Shown in pieces: positions 50,525 through 63,679 of a DNA stretch of 64,000 nt (positions are counted from its first letter, which is position 1; every line of letters starts with the position of its first letter). Source of the stretch: Felis catus (taxonomy: Eukaryota); the NCBI RefSeq assembly GCF_018350175.1, contig NC_058373.1, positions 109,184,001 to 109,248,000 on the forward strand, read 5' to 3'. Below the pieces are notes generated by a model, which searched no databases, was not told the DNA's origin, and was given only the letters and a program-made list of their open reading frames with translations. The position numbers and the translations under genes were made by a program.

Positions 50525-50735
50525 TGAGTCAAGGGAATAAAAAGCAGAGCATAAGGAATACAGCCAATGGTATTGTAATAGTGATATAATGGGACAGATG
50601 TTAGGTACACTTATGGTGAGAATAGCATAATGTATAAACTTGTCAATTCACTAAGTTGTACACCTGGATCTAATGTAACAATGTGTGTCAACTATACTTA
50701 AGCAAAAAATAATAAGCAAGCAAGCAAGAAAGAAA
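50525..50735 (+). mobile_element. Carnivore L1 3' UTR fragment
   Basis: ggtattgtaatagtg ... gttgtacacctggatctaatgtaacaatgtgtgtcaactatact. Confidence 0.85.
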
Positions 50736-53700
50736 TACCAATAAATTATTCAAAGATGTTAGATATTCTAAAATGATTTTGTTTTCCTTCCCTTCCCTAA
50801 CTACTACTAATAATTTATCTCATTATGAACTCAGTTCTGGATTTACACAATAAGAAAGAAAAATACTGCCTGAAAATAAAAACCAAGTAAAAAGTACAGA
50901 AAGAGATATGTTACCAAAACTCCCTAAATCAGAGGTCATGCATCAATTTATAAATTTATGAAACCTTCTTCTTACACAAAGAAATTATGAAAACTGCAAA
51001 AGAGCTTTTTGTTTCAATAAAGCAATTAAGTGCATTAATTGTTCTGTGTTATCACTTAAAGACGGCATAATTAATTTGTCATTCCTACCAAAGCCCGTGA
51101 GCTTTTGTATGGTTCTCTATCTTTAGCTATTTCAAAGCACTTTTCCAAACATTTATTTTATTTTAATCCTTTGTTGTAGAGCTGCAAAACATGTTCCATG
51201 GCAGACTGGAGAAGCTGACATTAGTTCAGAAACAAAAAATGGCCAAATGTGGCTCAGCATGTTCCCTAATTAAACACAGTTGCAGGGACACGGGCTCCAT
51301 TTTCATTCTCCGGCTACAAAAAACCTACCGCCAAGTAAAAATAGGAGCTTAAAACCTATCACTTCTCTAAATAAATAGAAGACAAATTATGCTTGTTCTT
51401 TAAAATACAGGGAAGCGGTTTGTGTTTTCATGACTTTGTGGGTAGAATCTCAAAACCCTAATTGAATATGAAGTGTCTAATAGGCCATTTGGGATGAGAA
51501 GAAAATGCCTAGAAATTGAGCGTGATGGAGAAAAGGTTTGGAGACAACGCCAGCCTGGTGTGATCTAGTTTTGAGTCATCAACATTCTGGGAAATCTCAA
51601 ATAAGTCGTACAATTTCTCATGACCATAAATGACCGGCTAGAGGTCCACACCTCTGGACCCGGGAAGAGCAGACAATCATCCTGGGGAAAAGCATCACAC
51701 CAGAGAACTACACTTGTGTAGCTTTCCACACATCCCCCATGGCTGTGCTCAAGGCCTCAAGACTGACCTGTCTCTCAGGGTCCACCAGTTATGACCTGAT
51801 TTCAGAACGGACAAGGACAGGTCCTTTCACCTGCCAGCCTTAAAGACCAAGATATGATGAATAAGATACGTCTTATTTTGCCCCTTTTGGCAGACAGACA
51901 CATTGGTGGCTGAATTTTGAATATTCTGAGAATACCAACCACCATTTTTTATGCTTAAAAGCTTAAAACATGCTCCTTATGCTTTCTTTTATCTGGCCTT
52001 GTAGCAACCCTGTGACATACATAAGACTGCCCGATGGTATCTATGACCAACACTCTTATATTGGCTTATTCCAGGACAGAGTGATGCAGAGGATATATAT
52101 TCTGGGTTTCACTTCGTATAGTGCATTTAGGTATCGAAATTGTACTTCCAGATTCAACTATATAAGGTAGTTTTCCTTCAGTATCCCTGAAGTTTTGAGA
52201 CCAGGGAAAAGATTTTACTTGTATCCCTAGGCTTCAATATCTATATTTATATCTATACCTGTATCTATATCTCTCTCTACCTTTCAGAGACAGAGAAAGA
52301 TATAAAAGCACTGAGGACATAAGTATGTACATGCACATAAATTTGTATCATAAATGGCTACACATATGAAATATGTCAGTTAAGTGTTTTATTAATAAAT
52401 GAATAAAGATTTAAACATTCTTTCTTTTCAGTTAAGCAAAGTGTGATAAGGAAAAAGAAAAAATAACAGATTCCAAACACATTAAGGATTGTCTGCCCTG
52501 TGTCTCTATGGACCACATTTTGTTGGCTAACTGAAACTCAGATCTATCATGAAAAACAAGGGAGAGAATACCATGTAAATTACTCTGTGTTTAACTAAAA
52601 GACATATGCCTCCCTATCGCACTCCAGAACTAATTAAAGCACATATTCATTTTAAATTGAAAATAAACCACAAAGGTTTAAAACAAACTAATGTATGGCA
52701 TTAAACCATATGGGCTTTCTTTTGTGCAACTGCAGCTTGCCTACTTAACTGCTCTTCTAAATGTTTCCTCCTCCTCCTTGAAAATTCTCCAAAAGTACAC
52801 TGTTATATTTTTCTCCTTGAGTACCATAATGAATATTCTTCAACATCAGACTTGTGTCAGCCTAAAATATACATTTGTATATATAATAAGATATACAATG
52901 TTATATAGAGATATAGGCATATATACAGGTAATGTACAGATACATATTCATTCTGCATCTCACAGGTAGAAGTTAGAAAATTCTAGTATCAACCAACTCC
53001 TTCCCACTGCCCTTGGCACATATACCTGGTGTCTTTAAAGCCTTAAATTCCCAAAAAGGAGCCATTCTCTTTCAGGATGGTCCTAAGTTTGGATCTTGTG
53101 GCCACAAGGCAGCTTCTAATCAGCTTATGTAGGCTCAATTCTGGAATCAGAAGTTAGATTTCCAATTATGGATTTCCACAGACTACAAATAATAGTGTAA
53201 TATTTTAGTGCTTTCTGACATGATATTAAAGAAGAAAGAAATGCCTACAATAAGAAAAATAAGATCTGGAACATTCAGAGAGAAGACCTTGCAGGTACTG
53301 GCATTTTTGTTGTTCATGTAGAAAGCAGGAAAATAGGTAAGTATTTCTTCTCGCCACTATAGGCTTGCACAGGCGTTAAAAATGACAACAGCTACCTACT
53401 GATCAATGCCAGATGAATGCTCATGTATCTTGAAATACTGTATAGCAGACATTTCTAAATGTTTCAGGCAGAAAATATTGCAGGCGGTTAATACAGAAGG
53501 AATATACGGGGAGTGAGGGGGGAGAGGAAAGAAAAGGATGCAAAGAAGGTAAGGAGGGTAGGCTTGCATCAGCTACCTTGCTCTTTAATTCCAAGAAATC
53601 AAAGTTTATTTAATGCTAAGGAGCCTGAGATAAACTAGAGGTGCATCTTTATAGTCACTGTGATAAGTTCATGAAAATTTTAGATGGTCTACAACATAAA

Positions 53701-53862
53701 GCACTATGTTGGACATGATTAAAGCTGCCGGTATTTCAAAGCTTAAATAGGAATTTTTTTAATGCAGATGGTTATCTAGATTATCAGGAAATCTAAAGTC
53801 CCCAAAGAACTAATGTTTGAAAAAATGCTAGGACAACAAATAGTAGAAAGAAGAGCCCCCAC

Positions 53863-54561
53863 TGTTTTAGTCCATCCAGATTGCCTGAACAAAATGCCAC
53901 AGACTGGGTGACTTACACAATAAAAGTTTATTTTATTTGCTCACAAGTCTGGATGCCGGAACTAGAGTTCCTACATGGTCGAGTGCTGCTGAGAGCTCTC
54001 TTCTTGGCTTGCTGAAGGCTGCCTTCTTGCCATGTTTTCACATGGTGGAGAGCGAGCCCTTTTATCACTTTCTCTTATCACTTGCTTTTATCACTTTCTT
54101 AGAGCACCAGTTCTATCAGATCAGGGCTTCACTCTTATGACTTCACTTATCCTTAATCATCTCCTTAAAGGCCCCAGCCCAGGGTACCTGAGTAGCTCAG
54201 TTGGTTAAGTGGGTAAGCGTTGGACTCTTGATTTCAGCTCAGGTCATGATCTCATGGTTTGTGAGCTCGAGCCCCAGGCCAGGCTCTGCACTGATAACAC
54301 AGAGCCTTCTTGGAATTCTCTCCCTCCCTCTCTTTCTCTGCCCCTCCCCCAACTCAAGCACATGCTCTCTCTGTCTCTCTCTCTCTCTCAAAACAAATAA
54401 ACATTAAGAAATAAATACATACATACATACATACATACATACATACATACATAAATACATAAGTAAATAAATAATAGAGGCCCTATCTCTGACACAGTCA
54501 CATGGCAGGGGGTAGGTAGTGCTCAGAAATATTTGGAGGAAACACAACTCAGTCCATAGCA
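53863..54561 (-). mobile_element. MaLR solo LTR (MLT1A-like), interrupted by a SINE
   Basis: tgttttagtccat ... ccacagactgggtgactta ... acacaactcagtccatagca, with TG...CA ends. Confidence 0.85.
54182..54475 (+). mobile_element. CanSINE with (ATAC)n tail inside the MLT1
   Basis: Degenerate TSD aaaggccccagccc / agaggccctatctc. Confidence 0.93.
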
Positions 54562-55049
54562 CCTGCTTCTTGAGCTGTGAGTCAATGTTTATGGATGACC
54601 CAAAGGAAATACAAGTCTTTGACTCCTGTTCTGCCTGTTCTCTACTTCAAGCAGAATACTACTCAGGCCAGAGCATAAATTATAATGAGCACTTGTGTGA
54701 GAGGAAATAAACCCAACAGAAGACAAATTTATTTAAAAAGAAAGCAAAACATGAATAGCTGTAAAAGGGTTTATGTGTTCTGGGCCCATCAGAATTCATC
54801 CCGAGACACTGGAGAGTCTGCCCAAGAGATAGCTGTGCCCCTGCCACCCATGTATGAGGAATTTAATCAGCAAAACACTAGAAATAAGGCAAACCTGATT
54901 GTAGTTTTCAAATAAGAATAACAAAATTGTCCTGGGTTCCAAGAGCAAACTGGTGTACTAGGTATTATCCTTTGACAATGTTTGGAATGAATAAGAACGC
55001 TGAAATGAGAGGAATGGTCTCTAAGACCCATCAGTGATCCTGCAATAGT

Positions 55050-55255
55050 CACAAGATAACCTCACTTCTTGTCTCACAGTCACTGTGCCTTGCATATTTA
55101 CCTATACTTTAGTGAGACAGTAAACAAGGTTTTCTATGATAGCCTGGAAGGGAGTTCTATAGATTGAGTGCTCATTCGGATAGGTGGATTCTCAAGTAGT
55201 TGCATGACCTCTCCACGAGACAGTGACTGACAATTAACAGAGGTTTCCAGTAAGA
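55050..55255 (+). mobile_element. CR1/L3 RT relic
   Basis: acaaggttttctatgatagcct ... aggtggattctcaagtagttgcatgacc ... agaggtttccagt resembles the L3 RT region. Confidence 0.45.
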
Positions 55256-55259
55256 ACAA

Positions 55260-55400
55260 AACTAGTTATTTAGCATATACAATGTACCAGGCACTGTTCT
55301 GAGTACTTTATATGAGTCAATTGATTTTGTTCTCACAACTCTCTGAAATGGGTAATGTTACACCATTTTACAGATGAGAAACTGAGGCTTAGAGGGCTAG
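55260..55400 (-). mobile_element. MIR relic
   Basis: ccattttacagatgagaaactgaggcttagagg core. Confidence 0.85.
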
Positions 55401-55489
55401 AGTAAGAGCTTCTCTTCCAAAGATTCCATCAAATCTTCTCAAGATAACCGGATCACCCTGACTGAAAAAAACCCAACAGCCAGTTCCCA

Positions 55490-56370
55490 GGTCCCATTCT
55501 GCTTGATCTATAAGTGGCACCTCCCATGGCTTCACTCGCCCCTCCTTAAAACACTTTCCTCATCTGGCCTACAGGACACTTCACTCCTAGACTTCTTCCT
55601 ACCTCGCTAAGTGCCTTTTCTCAGTCTCTTTGCTGGTTTTGCCTTGTCTTACTGACCATTCAATATTGGAATGCCCAGGGCTTCATTCTTAGACATCTTC
55701 TCCATCTCAATCCTATGGAGGGTTCAACCAGTCTCAGCCACATTTTAAATATCAGCTCTATACCAACAATTCCCAAACGTAGGCTTTTAGCCAGAATCTC
55801 TGTCCTGGAATCCTCTCTACCCAGCTGCCCATTAGATATCTGCACTTGTATGTCCAATGAGCATATCCAACTTAACATGACCCATCAGAATTTAACTCCT
55901 AATTCTATGACATCTTCCCCCTAAAAAATCCCTCTGCCTTCTCCATAATCATTTCCATTCCTAGAGATGCATAGACCAAACCAAAACAACTTTGAATCAT
56001 GCTTAATTTCTCCCTTCCTTTAGCACCCACATCTGATCTGTCAGCAAATCCTGTTGGTTCCAGCTTCAAAATATAACTAGAATCTAACCACTGTGCACCT
56101 TCTCCTCTATTGCTACCTAAGTCCAAGCTACCATTATCCCTTAGGAATATTATTCCAAAGCCTCCTTCAGTTGTCTTTCCTTCCCCTGTTACTCAGAGTG
56201 ACCCTGTTAAAATGCCGTATCATGTTGTTTTCTGCTCAGAATCCTCCAGAAGTTCCCATCCTCAGACTAACATGATCTCTAGGGCCCTGCGGGATCTGGT
56301 GCCCATTACCTTTCTAGCCTCATCCCACACCATTTTCTCCCTACTTCACTCTCTCCTAAACTCTATGGTT
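55490..56370 (+). mobile_element. L2 ORF2/3' region relic
   Basis: aaacactttcctcatctggc ... gcatatccaacttaacatg ... cagcaaatcctgttggttccagcttcaaaatata. Confidence 0.8.
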
Positions 56371-57886
56371 ACTCAATTTATAATGGGGACAGAGCCTTTA
56401 ATCATGATACTTTTAAGCCTGCCTTTTAGCCACTAATCACGAATTTTTATTAGTTGCTCTTCCCTTGCTTTAAATTTACATAGGCAAAGTTTTATCTGAC
56501 GACAGAAAAGTCCCAAATACCACAATAGTGAGACATTTTATTTTCACTCCTGCAGAGCCAGTAGGGCCATCCTGTATAAACCTATTTACTTGAGACCCAA
56601 GCCAAAGATTTTAAAGGCAGTGCTTATATAACAATGTTCACAAGATAGAGCTTCACAGGAATCCCTGTGATTTTCACTGCAAAGCAGCTTTCATCAAAGG
56701 CACATATGTTCCCCTCCTACACTGACTGCCTCAGTGAAGTGTTCCAGCTGACAGTATTCCAGCTGAAACACAAACTGAGAAACACCTATAACAGGTTTAT
56801 CAACAAAATCCAAGCATCACTGTGCTGACTCACTGTGGACTATAGAATGCTATTTATTTAAAGCCACTGCTTTAAATTTCGCCCATAGTACTGAGAGTGG
56901 TTTTTCCTCTCACCCCTTCATTGTTGACCATGTCTAGTCCTAAGACTACAACAGAATCTCGACTTTAAGAAATTCAAGATACGTAATCCCAGCTTCACCC
57001 ATGAACCCATGATGCTTGTAAATTGCATGCTTTCCTTTAATTCTAAAGTGGAAGCCTATGTGAAAAAGTTAAACTTCCGACTCAATCTGGCTAACAAAAT
57101 AGACTATTTATACAAGGTTAGTCTGTATATTTAAGGGATTGGGGACAGATGCTCTATTGGAGATTGGGCTTGAGGATGAATGTAGTATCAGAGAGAGCCT
57201 GACTCTCATGAATACAGAGGGAAGAATACCACAGAGAATGACTGAGCAAAGGTTGTAATAATAGCACAGGACTTCCAAGGAACAGGGACCATGCAGCGTA
57301 GCTGAGAAGGCAAGCAGACAGTGGAAGAGATGTATAGATTCAGTAGACAGATATTATAGCAGTGTAGAGTTAGCAAGATTGATATATTAAACTTGAGACT
57401 AACCTAGTAGCTTCAGACAAATGATAAATAGCAGTGGGAACTTTTAGATCAAGAGTTCTATAAAACTGGATAATAAACAAATGAAAGAGAAACAAGAACC
57501 AGGAGAACTGACAGAACCAGGCCAAAGGGAAAGAGAGGCTCAACGAAGATAGAGGATTGACCACATGTAGGTGCCTCTGCTTTCTCTCAAAACTCCATAA
57601 AATAACAGTAAATGGGTTTAAACCCATAAAACCATAGGGATGCAGAAAATGGGAGAACATACAGAAACAACAAAATTTTGAAATCTGGAAAAAATAGAAC
57701 AAGTACTAGCTGGCTTAGCAGATTCAAGAAAGCTGAATCTTAAGTCAGCAAAAGAGAAAACCAAGGTTCACGCTGGTGTGCACTATAGAACCGGCATATA
57801 TCCCAGGAATGGCTGCTACTACTACCCCCGAAGTGCGGGGGCAAGGGTGGAGTTGAAACTGGAGGATTTACTGCAAATCTATTTAA

Positions 57887-58047
57887 GGGGTGCCTGGGTG
57901 GCTCAGTCAGTTAAGCATCCGACTTTGGCTCAAGGTCATGATCTCACGGTTTGTGAGTTCAAGCCCTGCGTCAGGCTCTGTGCTGACAGCTCAGAGCCTG
58001 GAACCTGCTTTGGATTCTGTGTCTCCCTCTCTCTCTGACCCCTCTCC

Positions 58048-58095
<48 letters not shown>

Positions 58096-58143
58096 AATAA
58101 AAATAAAATTAACATTAAAAATTTTTCAATAAATAAAAAATAG
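57887..58143 (+). mobile_element. CanSINE
   Basis: Canonical head, (CT)n, TSD tatttaag. Confidence 0.95.
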
Positions 58144-58809
58144 AAAATATTTAAGAAGCAGATAGATATCCATCTCCTATATGCCCTGCCTAATTCCAAA
58201 ATCAGGCAGTTCCCTTTCCACCCATTGCAGACTAAAGAGGGTCTCTGGACTGAGGGAAGAGCAAATAAAAATACCATATTGAAACCAAGGGGATTGTGTG
58301 AAAGTTTATGCTCTAAACATCACACTCTCAGCTCTATTCTCCATTCAGCTTCCCAAAATCTGGAGCAAGGTTTATATTCTGCATCCTGGAATTTGGAAAA
58401 AAATTTCTCTGGGGAAATTGAACAGAAATGATGTAAAAATATTGATGTTGATTATTCTCCACAAAATAAGCCAACAGATCTCTCTACATCAAGGCCATGG
58501 TCATTAAGTCCAGCCATAATAAAACAACCACAATTCCCACATAATCTGCATAAAGCCTCCAACATAAGCAACAGAGACCAAAGCCAACAAACCAAAAATC
58601 AATTTGAAGGACACAAAGACTATGTGGGGATCTGAAAACTGTACCTAAACTATCCTACATCCTCAGAGACAATAGAGAAGATTTTTGAACTGATAAAGCA
58701 AAAACAGGATGTTATAAGAAGGAACACAGAGAAAACTCTAGAGCTCTTAGAAATTAGCAGAAATGAAAACTTAGTAGAAGGATAGAAAGGATAGAAAATG
58801 AGCTGGACA

Positions 58810-59064
58810 GGAGCACCTGAGTGGCTCATCTGTTGAGCATCCAACTCTTGACTTCAGCTCAGGCCATGATCTCACATTTCCTGGGATCAAGCCCCCTGAC
58901 CAAGTCTAGCCTTCCTTCCCACACCCTGTCAGGCTTTGTGCTGAGAGTTCAGAGCCTGACTGGGATTCTCTCTGTCCCTCTCTCTCTGCCACCACCGTAC
59001 TCCCTGCTCGTGCATGCTCTCTCTCTAAATAAATAAATAAACATTAAAAAAAAGAAAAGAAAAA
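58810..59064 (+). mobile_element. CanSINE with ~30-bp internal insertion
   Basis: TSD agaa(a/g)atgagct. Confidence 0.92.
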
Positions 59065-59466
59065 AGAAGATGAGCTTGGCAGAAACTTCCAGACTGCAGA
59101 CGAAAAAAACCCAGAAAATTATAGAAAGAGAATAAGAAAATTAGAAAATCAATCCAGGAGATCCAATATCCAAATAATTGGCATTTTAATAAAGGGGGGA
59201 AAAGGAATTTATCAAAAAAATAACTCAAGAAAATGTCCCAGCAGTGAAGAATAAATATTTCCAAATGATGAAGCAGATCCACTGAGAATCTAGAAGAGAT
59301 TGTAGAATCTAAAAGAGTAGATGACAACAGACCCATAAAAAGAGACTTTTGCCATAGTATTTCATAATACTGGGTACCTAAAGAAGATTCTAAAGTTTTG
59401 CTGAAATAAAAAGAGAAGAAAACATATTTATAAGAATCAAGACTTGAATAGAATCAGTCTTTTAAA

Positions 59467-59718
59467 AAAAATTTTTAATGTTTGTTTATTTTTTGACAGA
59501 GAGAGAGAGAGACATGGACAGGGGTGAGACTGTGTGTGTGCGGGGGGGGGGGGGGGGGGGGGGGGGTACTGAAAGAGATGGAGATACAGAATCTGAAGCA
59601 GGCTGCAGGCTCTGAGCTATCAGCACAGAGCCTGACCGGGAGCTTGAACTCACAAACTGCGAGATCATGACCTGAGCCAGAGTCCGATGCTTAACCAACT
59701 AAGGCACCCAGGCACCCC
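59467..59718 (-). mobile_element. CanSINE containing a G25 run
   Basis: Perfect TSD tagaatcagtcttttaaa at 59449-59466 and 59719-59736. Confidence 0.96.
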
Positions 59719-60190
59719 TAGAATCAGTCTTTTAAATAATTCCACTGAAAACTCAAAAACAAAGGAAGGATATCTCAAAATTCTGTCATAAAATTATTTC
59801 TAACCTTCATATCTTTACCCAGATGAGCTATCAGTTAAACAAAAGGATAAATGAAAGACATTTTAAGACATACACAACCTCAAAATATTACCTTCTTTGC
59901 ATCCTTTCCCTGTAAACTATTTTAAGAGTTGTTCTATCAAAACAGATGTAGTAAACAGAAGGTCCACAAAAGAGAAAGGAAAAGGAAACTCTGAGGTTCA
60001 AAGATGAAGGGAAAAATCAGGCTGAGTGAGAGATGTTGGTCAAGTCTATAGAGACTAGTCCAGACTGGGGAAATTCAGAAGATTCCAAGGAAATAGCCTC
60101 CAAAGACAGGAAGTTGATAACTACCTAATAAAAGCATATTTAGATGAGTGTTATATGATAGAGGAGAAGTACATGGAAAACTAAGAAGGA

Positions 60191-60400
60191 GGGGCACCTG
60201 GGTAGCTCATCCAGTTGAGCATCCAACTTTGGCTCAGGTCATGATCTCAGTTCATGAGTTCAAGCCCCCCATCAGGCTCTCTGCTGTCAGTACGGAGCCT
60301 GCTTTGGATCCTCTGTCCTCCTCCTCCCTCTGCACTTCCCCTGTTCCCAAACTCTCTCTCAAAAATATATAAACAGTAAAGAAAAATAAATAAATAAAAA
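60191..60400 (+). mobile_element. CanSINE
   Basis: ggggcacctgggtagctc head and A-rich tail. Confidence 0.93.
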
Positions 60401-62018
60401 TAAAAAGGAAAATGACATAAAACCAAAAGTTATACAGGAAAATAATCATAGTAAACCACATAATTCAATTACAAACAGCGTTTGTGTAGTCATGATTTTG
60501 AAAACACACTATTGATTTCATCAAATTTGTGATCTATATATTTTTAGAGGCTAGAAAATTGAAAAATGTATATATGGGTATGTAGTGGTGGTTAAGGGAT
60601 GGGGACAGAGCCAAATATAATTAAAAGAGAATTATATTTTAATCTTCCAAAGATGGAAGTCAATTTATAATGACTAAAATTGAAAATCCTCTCCAATAAT
60701 CATGCTATTTATAGATAAAAAGATAGATATTTTCAAAAAACTGAACCAATTTTAAAGTGATTGCTGGGAAATGGAAAAGTGCATAGGGATTAGAAAACTT
60801 CTATTTTTCAAAAATAAACCTTATAGCACTATTTGGTTCTTTATGTACATATATTACTTTGATCTAAAAACTAAATTAAAAAAATAGGCAGACAATCCGA
60901 ATTGGCACACAGAATAAATTAAAAACAAGTCAGGAAAACCAGAGGTCTGGAAAATTCTTGATTTCCTTCCTTGTCTTTGTGGGTCCTGGGTCCTTTCCTG
61001 TTTATTTCAACTCTGTCATCTCTGGAGTTGTCATATTAACCAAATCCCATTCTTTTCTAACCAAATCACCTTCCTATCTCTGGGAGTCTCTCCAATAACT
61101 AAATTAGCAGTTAAAGTCACATAGCTATAGAAAGTCTTTCACCAAACATCAGCAGCCAATGAAAGTTCCCTTTGGGTAAATGGACTTACTTGAACACATT
61201 TGTTTCAAGCTGCAAATTTCTCCAAAATACAGGTATATGATTTTGTTTCTTTAGTAAATAGTAATAACAGCAATGACATGGATATTTATACTTCTGATTT
61301 AGGCTGAAGTAGTTCTAACCTTGTCTGGCCTCTAAGAATAGAATATCCAAACTTTATCATTAAATTCTACATGTGGTACAGTTACTTCCAAACCATTTGA
61401 ATCCCATTTGGTTCTCTTCTATACCCAATGAACAAAAAGGGATTGGGAGGTTGCAGTGAATCCCTTTATTCCAGGACCTACCCGTGATTGTGGGTGAGGA
61501 ACACACACAGAAGTATTTTCAGTGCCTTTAACCCCTCATTCTTCCTAATGGCCGCTCTGCTGCCCTCCCACTGAAACAGTGTCAGTCACTTGTCAAGGGG
61601 AGTATGCATATAGCTAGGAACAAAGAAAGCAGCGTAGCTTTGAGTTTCAAATTAGACCTTTTTTTAAGCCCTTAGCCAAAACAATAATCTTGAAAGCATA
61701 GATTTCCTTTGCAAGTGCCAGGCCCTTGAGACAGCAAATGGCTTTTTTGTTATTGTTGTTCTTGTTGTGTTTTATTTTTACTGTTAAAATCTTAGCTCTT
61801 TTCCCAGAAAATATTGGAGGCAGGGGGAAAGGCAATGAAACATAAGTGGGCAGAATAGCAAGAAATATAGATGAAAAAAGAAACTTGAAATAGGGTAAGG
61901 GGAAATCCAAGAGCAACAGAGAAGTGTATCCTGCTTCCCATCCAGAACTCTCTGGTACATGGCAAAGACTAAGGAGTGCAACCATAGGACAGATACAGCA
62001 TGAAAGACACCTTCTGAA

Positions 62019-62189
62019 GGGCACCTGGGTGGCTCAGTTGGTTAAGTGTCTGACTCTTGGTTTTGGCTCAGATCATAATTTCATGGTTCGTGAGTTCCAG
62101 CCCGGCATCAAGCTCAGCGCTGCTGGTGCAGAGCCTGCTCTGTCTCTCAAAATAAATTAATAAACTTTAAAAAATATTAAAAAAAAAAA
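62019..62189 (+). mobile_element. CanSINE lacking most of its CT-rich segment
   Basis: TSD gaaaga(c/t)acctt(c/t)tgaa at 62002-62018 and 62190-62206. Confidence 0.94.
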
Positions 62190-62399
62190 GAAAGATACCT
62201 TTTGAAAGATGGAAAAGAGTGAGGTGGTAGGTCACAAACTAATTGAGCTCTGTATAGAAAAATGAAGTCAGCCACATCATGTATCTAAGTTCTACTGTAT
62301 AAAAATTTAAACTCCCCATTAAAATACTTAGATCTGGAAAGCTGGTATAGTTTTGCTTTGCTCTGAATACACAACCTTTTGAATATGGAGTATCAAAAC

Positions 62400-62640
62400 C
62401 CAGTCACTTGTTCAAAAAGAATTTACTGAGCACCTACTATGCTCTCATTATACCAGATATATAGAGGTGAACCAGACAGACAAGTTCCCTGCCTTCACGG
62501 CTCCCACTTGAGCTGGGAAGACAAGCAGCAAATATGTAAAGAAAGAATTAAAGAACATAATTATAGCCCATAATAGAAAGATAATGATACGAAGGACAGA
62601 GACACTTTAGACAGATTAGGGAGGAAACTTCTCATTGCAA
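62400..62640 (-). mobile_element. L2 3' end relic
   Basis: atttactgagcacctactatg ... gttccctgccttcacgg. Confidence 0.7.
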
Positions 62641-63679
62641 GAAATTGGAGAAAAGGGGTATATCTTATTAATCTCTGATTACTTTTCCCACCACAGAGCT
62701 AGGAAGAATAAGAGTTTATCTTGAAGAGTCTCTTCCCTCATGGCATCATCACCTTAGCCCCTTCCCGCCCTGGCCTACCAAGCAGCTCCCCACGCTCCAA
62801 ATGTTTTCTCTACTCTGCTCTGATTTCTTCTTCACTGTGACAGTGAGCTAGTTTGAAGCTCAGTCCATGCTGGTGTGCTGACAAGAGACTTACATCTTTC
62901 AGAGAACAAAGTGGCATGTGTACAGGGGACTTTTGGAGGGAAAGACACACAAAATAGGGACCATCAGACAAAATGATCAGGGAGATATCTAGAAGTTGTC
63001 TAGCTCCCCTAAATCACTCCTTGGTGGGGGACAGTACTCAGCCTCAGATCAAGAGCTGCCCTTGATCTTTCAAAAATCTGTTCCCCAAATCACACTTTCC
63101 AATATTTAAGAGACAGAATATAATGATCCAGCAAAAGAAATAGAAGAAATAGCCAGAGAAATGGGAGAGAAACCAGGGAGAGATAAACATCAAGAAGCCA
63201 GAGATGTTTCTGCATGGATGAAAAAGTGTCTATGAAATTTAACAAATGTATTTCAAGTGGTGGTAGGGGAAAGAAGTCCACTTTTTAGGTAGTAAAATAA
63301 GATAAGAAAGTAAAGACTCATACTTCTGGAAGCTTGCTTTAAAAAAAAAAAAAGAACTGGTAGTTAGAGCACAGGCAAAGAGAGTGTGAACTCGAGTGTT
63401 CTTCTATTCACATATGTGTATTTTTTTGGATTGAAGAAACAATGAGCACGTTTACTGGCTGATGAGAAAGAGCCAGTAGAGAGCTAGAGAGATGGAAAAC
63501 ACAGCAGAAACAAGAGCAAATAATTGGAGGAAATAAACATTAAAGGATGAAACAGATAACATGACCATACCCTGGACCATCCACACAATTCTAGACTCAT
63601 ATGCATTAACTGCTCACTCAACATCACAAAGGACCATTCCCAATTTAGCAGTTGCTTGCACCAAAAGCCTTAAATTAAA

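Larger units (their letters stand above)
57560..60885 (+). mobile_element. HAL1 (half-L1, ORF1-only) near full length, with four nested SINEs
   Basis: L1-like 5' region and ORF1 remnants (ggagatccaatatccaaataattgg; aagaatcaagactt ... tttacccag) run directly into a 3' end ccttatagcactatttggttctttatgtacatatattactttgat plus A tail, with no ORF2. Confidence 0.65.

Noticed and set aside
51180..51353. Acceptor plus ~57-codon open frame on + (ELQNMFHGRLEKL...)
   Set aside because: No recognisable homology and only a weak donor. More plausibly non-coding.
1372..62189. tRNA genes
   Set aside because: All A-box/B-box matches are heads of tRNA-derived SINEs, followed by CT tracts and A tails.
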